A stretch of DNA of 54,955 bases from contig NC_068982.1 of NCBI RefSeq assembly GCF_001194135.2, forward strand, positions 154,989,973 through 155,044,927, written 5' to 3'. The DNA comes from Octopus bimaculoides. Its lineage: Eukaryota. Under the pieces are notes generated by a model. It was given only the letters and a program-made list of their open reading frames with translations. It was not told the DNA's origin and made no database searches. A program made the position numbers and the translations under genes. Positions 12,903 through 24,886 of this stretch are shown here, one piece after another (position 1 is the stretch's first letter; each line of letters begins with the position of its first letter).

Positions 12903-13020
12903 TTTCAAGAATAGAGGTGATAGGAACTTGGATCCTTCGGCCTGCCATCCTTCTTGTAGCCTTCCTCGGAAGGCTAAAAGGCCGAAACTTCGAAGTCATT
13001 ATCACCACTATTTTTGAAAA
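12903..13020. other. ~118-nt imperfect foldback built from two inverted hammerhead-like remnants
   Basis: Outer arms tttcaagaatagaggtgata / tatcaccactatttttgaaa; inner ttcggcct/aggccgaa; central tagccttcc/ggaaggcta. Confidence 0.7.
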
Positions 13021-13229
13021 TGTATAATGATTATATACTCTACAAAAAATTATTGAGTAATCATTTTCTTGCTTAATTGTCTTTATAATAAGGACATAAA
13101 AACAAGCATTAATATACATACATACAATATGTGAGATAGATAGATAGATAGATAGATAGATAGTATACAACGCAAATGCGTGCTGTTTGGCTATGATGTA
13201 CATACAAACTAAAATCAAACGCCACTCAC

Positions 13230-13244
13230 CTGAAAGTTGTCCAA
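13230..13244 (-). CDS. Candidate 15-nt microexon (TTGGACAACTTTCAG)
   Basis: Minus strand tttgtttgtttttgtacag|TTGGACAACTTTCAG|gtgagt; open in all three phases. Confidence 0.5.
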
Positions 13245-13332
13245 CTGTACAAAAACAAACAAACGGTTACATGAAATAAGATCCTAACAGCGGTGTCTGC
13301 TGCTGTTTTTCCTTGTCCACTATATTTCTCCC

Positions 13333-13363
<31 letters not shown>

Positions 13364-13552
13364 TCCTCTCTCTCTTTCTCACTCTCCTTCACTCTTTCTC
13401 TCTCCCTCTCCCTTTCTCTCTTTCTTTCTTCTCTGCTCTCTCTTTTTCTGTGTCTTTTTCCTCTCACTCTCCCCTTCACTATACCACTCTGACAGTGATA
13501 TCATGATAATGTACATACGTGTGTGTGTGTATAATAATGTGTGCGTGTGCAT

Positions 13553-13722
13553 GTGGAGGGTGTACGCGTAGATGTGTGGTAAGAAGCTTTCTTCCCAACC
13601 ACATGGTTCAGGGTTCAGTCCCAGTGCGTGACACCTTGGCCAAGTGTCTTTTCCTATAGCCTCGGGCCGACCAAATCCTTGAGTGGATTTGGTAGACAAA
13701 AACTGAAAGAAGCCCGTCGCAT
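13553..13722 (+). mobile_element. SINE family D, 5' half
   Basis: gtgtggtaagaagctttcttcccaaccacatggttcagggttcagtccc...accttggccaagtgtctt. Confidence 0.85.
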
Positions 13723-13848
13723 TAAATGCAAATATAAGAACAAAAACACAAAGGATTCTGCGGTACACGTGTATTCATTCACCTCAACCACGAGTAGGCA
13801 TACACTGGTGCTTACAATTGTCAAGTATTACCTCTAACATTTACTTTA

Positions 13849-13879
<31 letters not shown>

Positions 13880-14874
13880 NNNNNNNNNNNNNNNNNNNNN
13901 NNNNNNNNNNNNNNNNNNNNNNNNNNNNNNNNNNNNNNNNNNNNNNNNNNNNNNNNNNNNNNNNNNNNNNNNNNNNNNNNNNNNNNNNNNNNNNNNNNNN
14001 NNNNNNNNNNNNNNNNNNNNNNNNNNNNNNNNNNNNNNNNNNNNNNNNNNNNNNNNNNNNNNNNNNNNNNNNNNNNNNNNNNNNNNNNNNNNNNNNNNNN
14101 NNNNNNNNNNNNNNNNNNNNNNNNNNNNNNNNNNNNNNNNNNNNNNNNNNNNNNNNNNNNNNNNNNNNNNNNNNNNNNNNNNNNNNNNNNNNNNNNNNNN
14201 NNNNNNNNNNNNNNNNNNNNNNNNNNNNNNNNNNNNNNNNNNNNNNNNNNNNNNNNNNNNNNNNNNNNNNNNNNNNNNNNNNNNNNNNNNNNNNNNNNNN
14301 NNNNNNNNNNNNNNNNNNNNNNNNNNNNNNNNNNNNNNNNNNNNNNNNNNNNNNNNNNNNNNNNNNNNNNNNNNNNNNNNNNNNNNNNNNNNNNNNNNNN
14401 NNNNNNNNNNNNNNNNNNNATATATATATATATATATATATAAATATATATATAGCAATGTTTTCACCTTTTCGATATCAGTGAAGAACTTCACTGGAAA
14501 AGTGTATCTATATAAGCTTTTACTCTTTAATTTGGTTCAGTCTTAAGGACAGCGGCCAAGCTGGTGCACCTCTTTCAACAATTAATCGATCGTATCGACT
14601 CCAGTACTTATTCGATCGATCGCTGCGTGTCAAAATGTATGGGTTGGGCACAAATGGGACACAACAATAAATAACACCTGATATTAGACCGGTGTAAACA
14701 TAAACACAGGCGCACGCGTGAATCCATACAGACACACACACACACACACAGCTACACACACACACACATACACACATACACACGCAGAGGTCTGGGTGTA
14801 CATGTTGTGTGTACTTGTATATATGTATTGATAGACAGACAGACAGATAAATAGAGAGAAAGAGAGAAACTGGC

Positions 14875-14929
<55 letters not shown>

Positions 14930-15087
14930 CAATGGGTTTCTGTATACTTTCCGCCTACGAAATGCTACATACAATGTATTCGTCAACTGTAATATATACG
15001 TATATCTTATGTATTGTATATTATATATACGTATATACATGCTTACTTACATACACATACATTCGTCCATACATACACAAACACACA

Positions 15088-15119
<32 letters not shown>

Positions 15120-15133
15120 ATGTGTGTGTGTGT

Positions 15134-15219
<86 letters not shown>

Positions 15220-15577
15220 ATGTATGTATGTATGTATGTATAGGGAGAGTGTAGGCGGGTGAATAAGTATGCCACGTTAATTGTGTATAAGAAAGTTTTT
15301 GAATCGCAACACCTGTCTGAATAGGTGCGTTGATTCGCTTTTTACAAACTTTCCTTTTTCGTTTTTTTTTTTTTCTTTTTTATGTCAATTGTTTGTTGTT
15401 TCTCCTATTATTCTTGATGTTATTGTTGCTGTTGCTGTTGAAATTATTGCTGTCGCGTCACTTCGGGTCAGCTGTAATGAAGTTGACCTGTTGTATGCAA
15501 CTCGGCAGCAGAACGACTAACTGCCGCCAAACAGAGATCTATTGCTTTGTCGTTCTTTATACACTATCTCTTTCCCT

Positions 15578-15647
<70 letters not shown>

Positions 15648-15985
15648 TCCCTTTTTAACTGAGAACTATATTATACACCCTATATTATGCGGATTGCACT
15701 TGTTTAGTACTAGGTCCATTTTGATCCAGAAGACCTATGTCGTGACCATATCGCCTTTTGTTTTTCTCTCCCCTCCCGATCTCGCAAACGTTTTGTATTT
15801 AGGGTCACATATTTCAGGAAACACTTTGAGAAAAAGAGTAGGATAATAGGTTATGATTCGAGGGTGACTTGAATGATATCTGTAGTAGTGTGTAATTGTA
15901 TGTTATGAAGTATTACAGTGAAGTGTTGTGAAGTATATTATTGCTGTGCTGCAGTATATATATACGTTGTGAAGTACTGTAGGTA

Positions 15986-16787
15986 CGAGGTTCATTCAAT
16001 AAGTATCCCACTTCATCTTTTCTCGCCAAAACTAATGCTGTGTGGGAGGTGACGACATCCTTTCTGCGCACGTGTGAAAACTTTCGCGCCAGTAGGCAGC
16101 GTCACTTTCCGGTTGTTATGTGTAGAGCACAAACGTGTAGTGCACGCTCGTCGGATTTTCGTTTCCAGACAGCATGACCGAACACATCGAACAGACACCA
16201 TAAACCCAAGCCTCATCACCAGTGACGATGGTCTTCATGAAATCTCGTTCGGTCGTGGTTTGCACAGTCTAGTATGGCCTGAGCGATTTCCATGAGTTGC
16301 TTCTGCTGCTCCGCCAGCACCTTGTGGACGAATCTTACCAATATCCTCCCCATGAACAAATCTTGTGTTGAAATGGAATGCACTGATCCTGTGCTTAGTC
16401 CTACTTCGTGAACAATTTCCTGGATTGTTACATGTCGGTCTTCCGCGACTATTCCACGAATCTTCTCAATCGGTTACCCGTTTCGGTTTGTGGATGACCC
16501 GCCTGAACGTGACTCGCTCTTCACTGTGGTGCATCAAACTTGATGGATGGTTTGCGCTTGAGTATCACCAAACTTTTGGCAAAACTTGATGCAATATCTC
16601 TGTTTTATGCGTCCGGTAAAAATGCAGATCCGAAGAGTGCACAGTACACGTCTGTACTCTAGACGTAACAGAAAAAAATTCACGCATGCGCAAGATGGTG
16701 GCGTTACCTCCAACCCAAGGAATTTTGTCAAAGAGGCATTAGCTTTGGCGGGAAGAATAAAGTCGAATACTCTTTGAACGCACTTCG
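15986..16787 (-). mobile_element. Mariner relic made of two inward-facing 5' ends; the minus-strand part encodes the transposase N-terminal half
   Basis: TA at 15984-85 and 16788-89; minus strand ...RIKQRYCIKFCQKFGDTQAQT...IVTGDEAWVYG; plus-strand 5' end to MTEHIEQ (ATG 16174). Confidence 0.85.
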
Positions 16788-17044
16788 TATACCGTAGTGA
16801 ACCGTTGCTAAGTTCTGCCAATACATGGAAGTGAAGTGTTAGTGCTGTATGTGTATTGTAATGAAATATTGTGAGATGCTGTAACGCAGAGTTGTGATGC
16901 ACATTGTTTTATGTTGAGCGTTGGTGGTGCCGTGAAATATTGTAGTGTAGTGTAGTTGTTGTGTAGTTTCATAACACTGAGCTTTAGTGTGCGTTGTGAA
17001 ACACTGCAGAGTGGTGTTGCATTGTATACTGTAAAATGCTGCCG

Positions 17045-17235
17045 TGTCCGTTGTATTGGCAGAATTGTTGAAGCGCCGGAAAAATTGTTCAGCAGCATTT
17101 TTTCCGTCTCTTTACTTTTTGTGCTCATATTCTGCATTGGTCGACTTTGCCTTTCAGCCTTTCGGAATCGATAAAATAAGTACCAGTTAAGCACTAGGGG
17201 TCGTTGTAATCAATTTATCCCTCACCAAAATAGTT
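17045..17235 (+). mobile_element. SINE family A copy
   Basis: ttggcagaattgtt...gactttgcctttcagcctttcggaatcgataaaataagtaccag. Confidence 0.75.
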
Positions 17236-17350
17236 AATTTGTTAAGTTTCCATTGGCCTCCTTCTTCTTCTTTAGAATAATGGACTTGATAGTTGGGATT
17301 ACTAGTTGTTATTTCATAGAGATTTTCAGGACTTCCTATTTCCACTTGAA

Positions 17351-17657
17351 GTGAAGGCGCGTGACTTAGTGGTTAGGGTATTCGGCTCACGATCGCAAGG
17401 TCGTGGTTTCAATTCTCGGCGACGCGTTGTGTCCTTGAGCAAAACATTTTATTTCAGCTGGCAAAAATAAGTAGCACCTGTGTTTCAAAGGGCCAGCCTT
17501 GTCACAATTTATGTCACGCTGAATCTCCCTCAGAATTACGTTATGGTTACACGTGTCTGTGGAGTGCTCAGTCAAATACATGTTAATTTCACGAGCAGGT
17601 TGTTCCGTAGATCGAATCAACTGGAAACCTCGTTGTCGTTAGCGACAGAATGTCACC
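17351..17657 (+). mobile_element. SINE family B2 (tRNA head, CORE-like gtgtccttgagcaaaacattt, B-type tail)
   Basis: gtgaaggcgcgtgacttagtggttaggg...ggtttcaattctc; tail colinear with B1 copies. Confidence 0.8.
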
Positions 17658-17689
17658 ATTTCTACTAGATGTTTGCAGTAATCTCTACT

Positions 17690-18290
17690 GTTTTATTATT
17701 GTTGCATCCTTCCTGAAATGTCTCTGCTTGGAGCTGAACCTCTGACGAGATATCGATAGTACTCTCAACTTGCTTTTTCTTTCTACTAGCTACTGGAGTC
17801 TCATTTGGCCGGTTGATATTTAGCTCCTCAAATTTCCTGTTTTTTTTTTATTTTGGTGGTAGGATGGGGAAATGTTCTCTAGTTCAAAAGTTTTTAATTT
17901 TTCGACTGTTTATGATATTGGAGAGACATTTACGTTACTGTCGAGTTCAGTAAAGCAGTACAGAATGTTTCTCCGACTTCCTCATACTCTTCTCTAAACT
18001 ATATTTTTATCTTTTTCCTTTTGTAAAGTTTTCAGTTGTTGTAGATAGAAGACCGTTATGAGGCATGCTTCTGTTTGAGATTTCTCTTGTACTTAGCGGA
18101 GAGATTATTTCATAACAGAGTTTTCGATTCTGGTCTGCTCTGGTTTCCCACCAAAGAATGGTCATTCATTTGGATATATTGGCATTGTTATGTCTCAGTG
18201 TCAGAGTCCCTTTTGAATGACTTTTTTTTATGGCTGGACATAAGTTGCCCAGTTCGCTTCACGTGGTGAGAGGCGTAAATTTCTATCATA
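17690..18290 (-). mobile_element. Decayed N-terminal ORF fragment of an R4/Dong-like LINE
   Basis: Purine-rich minus strand with an RADQNR...LSA..QE motif typical of these ORF N-termini; weak. Confidence 0.45.
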
Positions 18291-18327
18291 TCTTTATTAT
18301 TATTATTATTATTATTATCATTATTAT

Positions 18328-19710
18328 CCAGTAGTCTTACTTTTATCACGTGCTTTCACTACACTACCGAGCGCAGCTATGTGTGCCTTGGGTATGTGCT
18401 GTGGTTTGTTGTGATACTCTTATTTTCACTGTATTGAAAGTGTTTTACTTAGGATGTGTGCGGTTCCTAATGGTGCTATTTTCTGTATGTTATATATACT
18501 TCTAAGTCCTGATGTTTTTGTTATGTATTTGTCTGAATGTTTATTTTATCATACCTAACGCGCCTACTATAATAGGAATTGTTTCTATTCTTAGGCTCCA
18601 CATTCAAGATACCTCTATTTCTATATCTTTGTATTTTGAAAGTTTCTCCGTTTCTTTTAGAGAAACTTTGTCTTCTGTTGGTATTGATACGTCGATTAGA
18701 AAGCACTTGTTTCCTTGGCGATCTCTGACAACTATAACCGGTCTATTAGTCTTGATTTCTCTATCTGTGTGTATTGGCATATCCCAGAGTATGGTTGCTT
18801 TCTCATTTTCTGTGACCTTTTCTGGGGTGTGCCGATACCATCTTTTTTCTGTTGTTATTCCATAGTGTTGGTATAGCTTGCAGGATATATAGGTCCCAAT
18901 TTTGTCGTGTCTGCGAATGTATACCTTCTTAGCCAGAACTGGACTGCCAGAAACAATATGATTTATTGTCTCTTCTCCATCACCACATATTCTGCAGTTA
19001 CTTGTATTTCTTTTCATTGTGTGTTTTCGGTGGTTTCTGGTGGGAAGGCTTTGGTCTTATGCTGCAATTAAAAATCTTTTAGTCCCTTGTTGGGATTTTG
19101 ATTTGACTATTTCTTTTCTGTTTAGCTTAACCCAATATTTGCCATGTATTTGGCTTTTCTTGCCATCGTTTTATCATGATACGTTGCCGTTCTACCTTTA
19201 GTTTGGATTTCAGTTGTTTCATAGCTTTTGTTGTTTCTTCTTTTTCTTCATAGTTGTTAGATATTATGACTTCTTCTTTGTATTTGTCAGCTTCCTTGAA
19301 GACAGAAAACAGGTTTCTTTCTGTTTTGTTCGTGTTTTATGGCTACTTGTATCAGTTTTCCTTGCTTCTGAAGTAGGTACTTCTGTAATCCTACGGTGGT
19401 TATTTTGTAGTAGTTTTCTAGATGTATAAGGCTTTCGATACGTTGTATATATAACCTTTCTATGTCAGATTTTGGATGGTGCATCTGAAATCTTGTCATT
19501 ATTTTTCTTGTTTTCCTGTCTATTTTGCTTAGTTCATTTAGAGTCCAGTTAAGAATACTGTGGCTGTAACTTATAACTGAGACTACGAGAGCGTTGATAC
19601 CTATTAGCTTGATTTTCGCATTGAGTTCTGTTTTCAGTATTAATCTAACTCGTCTATAGTATTTCTTTCTTATCTTCTCTTTCATTTGTGTGCATTGTAT
19701 CGTATCTAGT
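18328..19710 (-). mobile_element. RLE-type LINE family 1, 3' ~1.4 kb
   Basis: YYRRVRLILKTELNAK; CRICGDGEETINHIVSG (CCHC-type); RPVIVVRD...LIDVSIP; (TTA)n on both sides. Confidence 0.92.
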
Positions 19711-19737
19711 TCATTGATTATTATTATTATTATTATT

Positions 19738-20485
19738 CCTTTTTATCTCAGGTTTTGTTGGAACTCCTCGAGTCTTGCATGCGCAATGAGCTTGCTGCCT
19801 GCAGCCTACGGTACCATGCTATCTGTTCATTTTAACAATCTAATACTTTCCTGGTTATTCTGGCCGTGCCAAGGAGGCAAAACCTTTGTAACAGTGGGCA
19901 CTCTCTTCCGATTTCCTTTATATTCCTCTTGATTCCTTCTGATACTGTCCCCAGTCGGGCTATTTCGTACTTAAGAGGGTTGTATTTATCTATTTTTTCG
20001 CCTTCCTTCTTGATTATTCGTGGGCCAAAGGAGCACAATTATATGGTACATGTGGTGCATCTTGTCGACTATCACTAGGTCCGGTCAGTTATGCTCCAGC
20101 ACCTGATCTATTTGGATTGGGAATTTCCAGAGGATTTTGCAAGTCTCCGACTCCACCACTCTCTGCGGTTTGTGCTCATACCTCGTCTTGCCTTTCTCTA
20201 GCCCCGACTTTTCACAGTTTCCAGTGTAACACTTTCGCTACCTTATCGTGTCTCCACGACTTGTAGTGGTTTTAGGCAAGTCTGGGGCATTCGTTCGTGA
20301 TACAGGCAATGGTTTTATCCACTCTGTTACAGATGCGGCACAGCGGAGACACTTGTTCATTTCTAAGGTTGACTCTCCAATTTCTTGGCCAAAGCCTGGT
20401 TTTGCGTTGCCAGTATAGTGCTCTCAGTCTCTTTTTCCAGTGTTCCTTTCTTCATTGAACGCCTCCTATGTTTTTTTGCAAAGTT
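19738..20485 (-). mobile_element. RLE-type LINE family 2, 3' ~750 bp (same family as 38027-39893)
   Basis: KIDKYNPLKYEIARL...LLGTARITRKVL; 3'UTR shared with 39790-39893; (TTA)n both sides. Confidence 0.9.
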
Positions 20486-20498
20486 TATTATTATTATT

Positions 20499-21051
20499 GA
20501 GTGAGAGAGCAGTGCATGCCATCAAAGTGACACTGGGGTAAAATATACGAAGCCCGTTATACCCATCATGACTACCCGTCTGATAAGGGTACACCAGGCA
20601 CATGCATCACAACCATATGTGCGCGACATGGTGATCTCATATCAAGATAAACAGCGCATGACCTCGCAGATGGGGCCCAGTTAGAATTTTCTTCAGGTCG
20701 AGTAGCCCATCCTGCTCAAAAGGTCCCTGAATAAGGTTTGTTTAAGGATGTTGAGCAAAACACCCATGTTTCCAAAGGTGAATTATTCAAATCCTAAAGA
20801 ATTCCTCTCAACACATGGCTATGATGCTCCCCCACTATTTCTGTTCGTAATCAGAGATGCACATATCGTCAGCCACCAAGAGACATGTTCAACTGTTTAA
20901 GGTCAAACAATTGACAAGCAAATCTGTGGTAATAAGCAGAATATTTGCTGTAGCCCATCTTTTATATCAAGACAAAACAATGTACATGATAACACTTCCA
21001 ATTAATTAAGATCAGAAGCCATGAAAACCACTGCCTGGTACTGCAACAGGA

Positions 21052-21052
<1 letters not shown>
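20499..21052 (-). mobile_element. ~550-bp non-coding TAA-associated element, copy 2
   Basis: Colinear with 3385-3925; flanked by (TTA)n on both sides. Confidence 0.85.
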
Positions 21053-21107
<55 letters not shown>

Positions 21108-21108
<1 letters not shown>

Positions 21109-21257
21109 GCAGTCCTATTTTTATCACGTGCTTTCACTGCACTACCGAGCGCAGCTCTGTGTGCCTTGGGTATGTGCTGTATTTTTTTATAGTGCTTTTA
21201 TTTTCACTGTATTGAAAATATTTTACGTAGGGTGTGTGCAGTGCCTAGTAGTGCTTT

Positions 21258-21260
<3 letters not shown>
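21108..21260 (-). mobile_element. RLE LINE family 1, extreme 3' tip
   Basis: KALLGTAHTLRKIFSIQ* plus a 3'UTR matching 1995-2100 and 18328-18430. Confidence 0.85.
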
Positions 21261-21339
<79 letters not shown>

Positions 21340-21869
21340 ACATTATTATTGTCAGCCTTATTTTCTGAATGCAATGATGATTGTGTGTTTTGCTGTTGCC
21401 GTGTTTTGTTGTAAGGAATGCTGTTGTAACAAATAAAATCATCATTGCCAAGTCTAAAATTGTTTAATAGGTAACTCATTGTTACTTTTGCTTTTAACAA
21501 AACTTTCAGACTTAATACTTCAATATTTTATAAAATTCTCTACGGAAGGGGGAGGTAGCGTAAACAAGTAATATTTTTTTAATCTAGCTTTGTTTTGCGT
21601 TCTATATTATGATGGGTTGTGATGGCTCCTTGTACATTATAGCAGAGTACAATGCTGAACAAGAAACAAAATTATAAACAATAATGTTTTTTTAACTTGC
21701 TGAGTTTGCGGGGTTGGGAATGGCTGAGCCCATGACTATTGCAAGCTTTCTAAGATTAGTGAGAGTGATACCGTGAGACAGATCTGATTAGTTTCAACTC
21801 TTAAACTTTCATCAGACATAGAACACTCATCTTCCGACCACGGAAAAATTCGTACCTTTCGCTACTTAC

Positions 21870-21959
21870 AGTGCATATTCAGCTAAGCTGGTCAGCCCAA
21901 TTTTCATGACAGTGTATGCATTGACTATGTAATTAATAACATTATCACTTGAAAATTCA
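21870..21959 (-). CDS. Candidate 90-nt symmetric exon (EFSSDNVINYIVNAYTVMKIGLTSLAEYA)
   Basis: Strong donor CT|gtaagt at 21869; weak acceptor ctatgcag (alternative tacatag at 21925); one open frame, phase 2-2. Confidence 0.28.
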
Positions 21960-22293
21960 CTGCATAGCACTTTTTATTAATTTGGAATCTAAGGTACATG
22001 ATTTTTAATGAAAATACAGTTTTAACTTTGCTGTAAAGGGTAAATAAAGTGATTACATCAAAGGCTTGAAGCTTCATAGGACATAAAATCAATCCCATTT
22101 TTTTCTGTCTGCGAAGAGATAAAATTCTTGATCTTGCATATACACGTGTAAACAAAAATATCCGCTCTTGGAAGACATATGCACGTAACTACACACCACC
22201 ACAAAACACACTGTCGCACATACGTGAACAATCATAAACAGTCTTCTCTCCTCATTTCTCTCTCTCGTCCTCTCCCCCTGCCTCTCTCTTTCT

Positions 22294-22339
<46 letters not shown>

Positions 22340-22423
22340 ATTTATCTGTCTTTCTCTCAACCATACACATATATTCAGATATATACCTATATATTCTTTG
22401 TATATTAGACACAAATAAACATA

Positions 22424-22477
<54 letters not shown>

Positions 22478-22680
22478 GTAATTTTTTTTTTGTACTTCTT
22501 CCTCCTCTCGCACTCTATATTTCTTTCTCTATCTCTCTCTTTCTCTCGTACAAACACTCTCAAAAGCCCGCTCGCACACGCACGTGTACACACACATACA
22601 CACACAAACTTATAGACTGGTTCTTCCCATTGTCCCAAAAACTGGCTGACCGACCCCAAGAATCACAAACGTTGATTAGG

Positions 22681-22730
22681 CCACGTAGTAAGCTATCATG
22701 AGATCACTGACGTCAGATGTACGTCACATC
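22681..22730. promoter_or_regulatory. Tandem CRE-like sites (CTGACGTCAG at 22707-22716; ATGT-ACGTCACAT at 22717-22729)
   Basis: Perfect TGACGTCA palindrome plus a near-copy in a locally CpG-retaining, apparently non-repeat stretch; function not shown. Confidence 0.3.
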
Positions 22731-23149
22731 ATATCACTGTTATTACAGCTATTAGTAATATAAACTTTTTAAAGATTTTCTGAGAAATGTCATTAATTTC
22801 CGTTGTTGCGAAAAATAAAAGAAACTCGAGGCTTCATGCACAGGTACTTTTATTACCATTTTCCTACTGTTGTCGACGTAGACGCCCGCAATTTAACTCA
22901 GATTATGGATTTTTCTCGTATTTGTTTTAAGTTTTCATTGTGACTTTTGGTTTGTGAAATTGTGTTTTTGTGACAAACTACAGAATTCAATCCAATTCGA
23001 TATTCACTATCAATAAAATAACTACCAGTAATGTGTGGGTGCCACTTTAATTAAATATATCTCTTTCCTTTNNNNNNNNNNNNNNNNNNNNNNNNNNNNN
23101 NNNNNNNNNNNNNNNNNNNNNNNNNNNNNNNNNNNNNNNNNNNNNNNAG

Positions 23150-23345
23150 GAGGAGGAGACTTATGTTGCTGTTGTCTATTAGTTCAACCCTGATTGAACA
23201 GACCTCTGATGAAAGGTTTTCAGATGAAAGGTCATCCATTCCGCCTTATGTTCAGCAATAGTGTATCTAGGACTACATTATTCAATGGGATTTCTTCCTT
23301 TTTGTGGTGGTGAGTGTGGTTTCAATGGGATTTGACCGCTTTTTT
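23150..23345 (-). mobile_element. Repeat family C fragment
   Basis: agttcaaccctgattgaacagacct...gtgtatctaggactacattattcaat. Confidence 0.55.
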
Positions 23346-24354
23346 GTTTTTGTTTTTGTTTGTTTATAACGTTCCATGAAAACGTAGAGGATCTTCCATT
23401 GTCTAACAGCTTTTAGTTATGTCCCTAAACAGTGAGAATACAGGAAAACAAAGAGGCAGAGTTATACATGTCTTGAAGGGATAGAGAGAGAAATAAAGGG
23501 ATAAATGAAATAATTTTGAAATCACTCAATCCATGTTACGTTAACTGCTAAGACTAGGGCAGTTCGTCGAAGGTTTAATTGAAGACGTATGGAAATTATC
23601 CCGTTTTTAGACTTTTCTCTTGCTATTAGCCGTTTAGAGTTTCTGTCTAACGGATGTGAATATTTCATTCAAAATCAGTGAAAAAGATAGTAATTATAAA
23701 TTTACATTTCGATGGACACTATAGTCATTCTGATTATTTCGTACATTTGTTGCTGTTTTTAGGGGTCTTTTTGTTACTGTTTAGTCCCATGTCATCTCTG
23801 GTCTGGCTGATTTAGGATGAAATCATCCCATCTCTGACCATTCTGTTTTTGCGTATTACGCACGTCGTTGTCCAATCTATACATGTTTATCAAAGACGGT
23901 TTGATGTGCTTTAAAGGAGATATGGCAACCTTTTCTGACAGATGAAGCAACGACTTTGAGACCCCAGCAGCACATATAATTTTTGCTTTAGCTAATAATC
24001 TTACTATATGTTTGAACATTAAAAGGGAGTGGTCAAATGGTCATCATTAATTCTGATGTTGGATTTTACAGCTAAGAGTGAGATTGACGGGCAGTTAATG
24101 ACCAGCAATAAAATATGCAACTATCTTCAAAGTTGGCAGCCGACTTTCAACTTGATTTTGGTATCGTTTGACTACTCCCTAAGATAAGCTTACATTATTT
24201 TAGTTACCTTTGAAATTGAGCTGTTTGGTTAGTCGCCAACTTTTACTATTTCTTACAAGTAAAGTTCAGAAGCAAATATCTAAGTTTCAATAATAGCATA
24301 TTTTACTCTAAATGCTGCCAGAATCGAGCTGTTTGATTGGTCACTAAATATCCA

Positions 24355-24739
24355 GTGGAAGCACAATGGCCCAGTCGTTAGGGCAGCAGACTCGCAGTCA
24401 TAGGATCGCGGTTTCGATTCCCAGACCGGGCGCTGTGAGTGTTTATTGAGCGAAAACACCTAAAGCTTCACGAGGTTCCGGCAGGGGATCATGGTGAACC
24501 CTGCTGTACTCTTTCAGCACAACTTTCTCTCACTCTTACTTCCTGTTTCTGTTGTGCCTGTAATTCGAAGCGACAGCCTTGTCACACTCTGTGTCACGCT
24601 GAATATCCCCGAGAACTACGTTAAGGGTACACGTGTCTGTGGAGTGCTCAGCCACTTGCACGTTAATTTCACGAGCAGGCTGTTCCGTTGATCAGATCAA
24701 CTGGAGCCCTCGTCGTCGTAAGCGACGGAGTGCCAACAA
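24355..24739 (+). mobile_element. SINE family B1, full length
   Basis: tRNA-like head gtggaagcacaatggcccagtcgttagggcagc...ggtttcgattccc; tail gagtgccaacaa; probable TSD atatcca. Confidence 0.92.
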
Positions 24740-24886
24740 TAGTATATCCAACTCATTAATTTTCTGGTTGCATACTCTTTGTGATAGATATTCTCTTCCA
24801 CCGCCAATGGCTTTATAGTAATTTTGATACAATATTTGGCAGAATATTACCTGATGAAATGGCTGGCTATTACCGGATGATATTAC

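Noticed and set aside
21030-21052. rc cctgttgcagtaccagg resembles U2 snRNA stem-loop IV
   Set aside because: Too short, absent from the other copy, and no other U2 similarity
21775-21820. Minus-strand CTGATGA...GAAA motif
   Set aside because: Stem II only 2 bp; no stem I or stem III pairing
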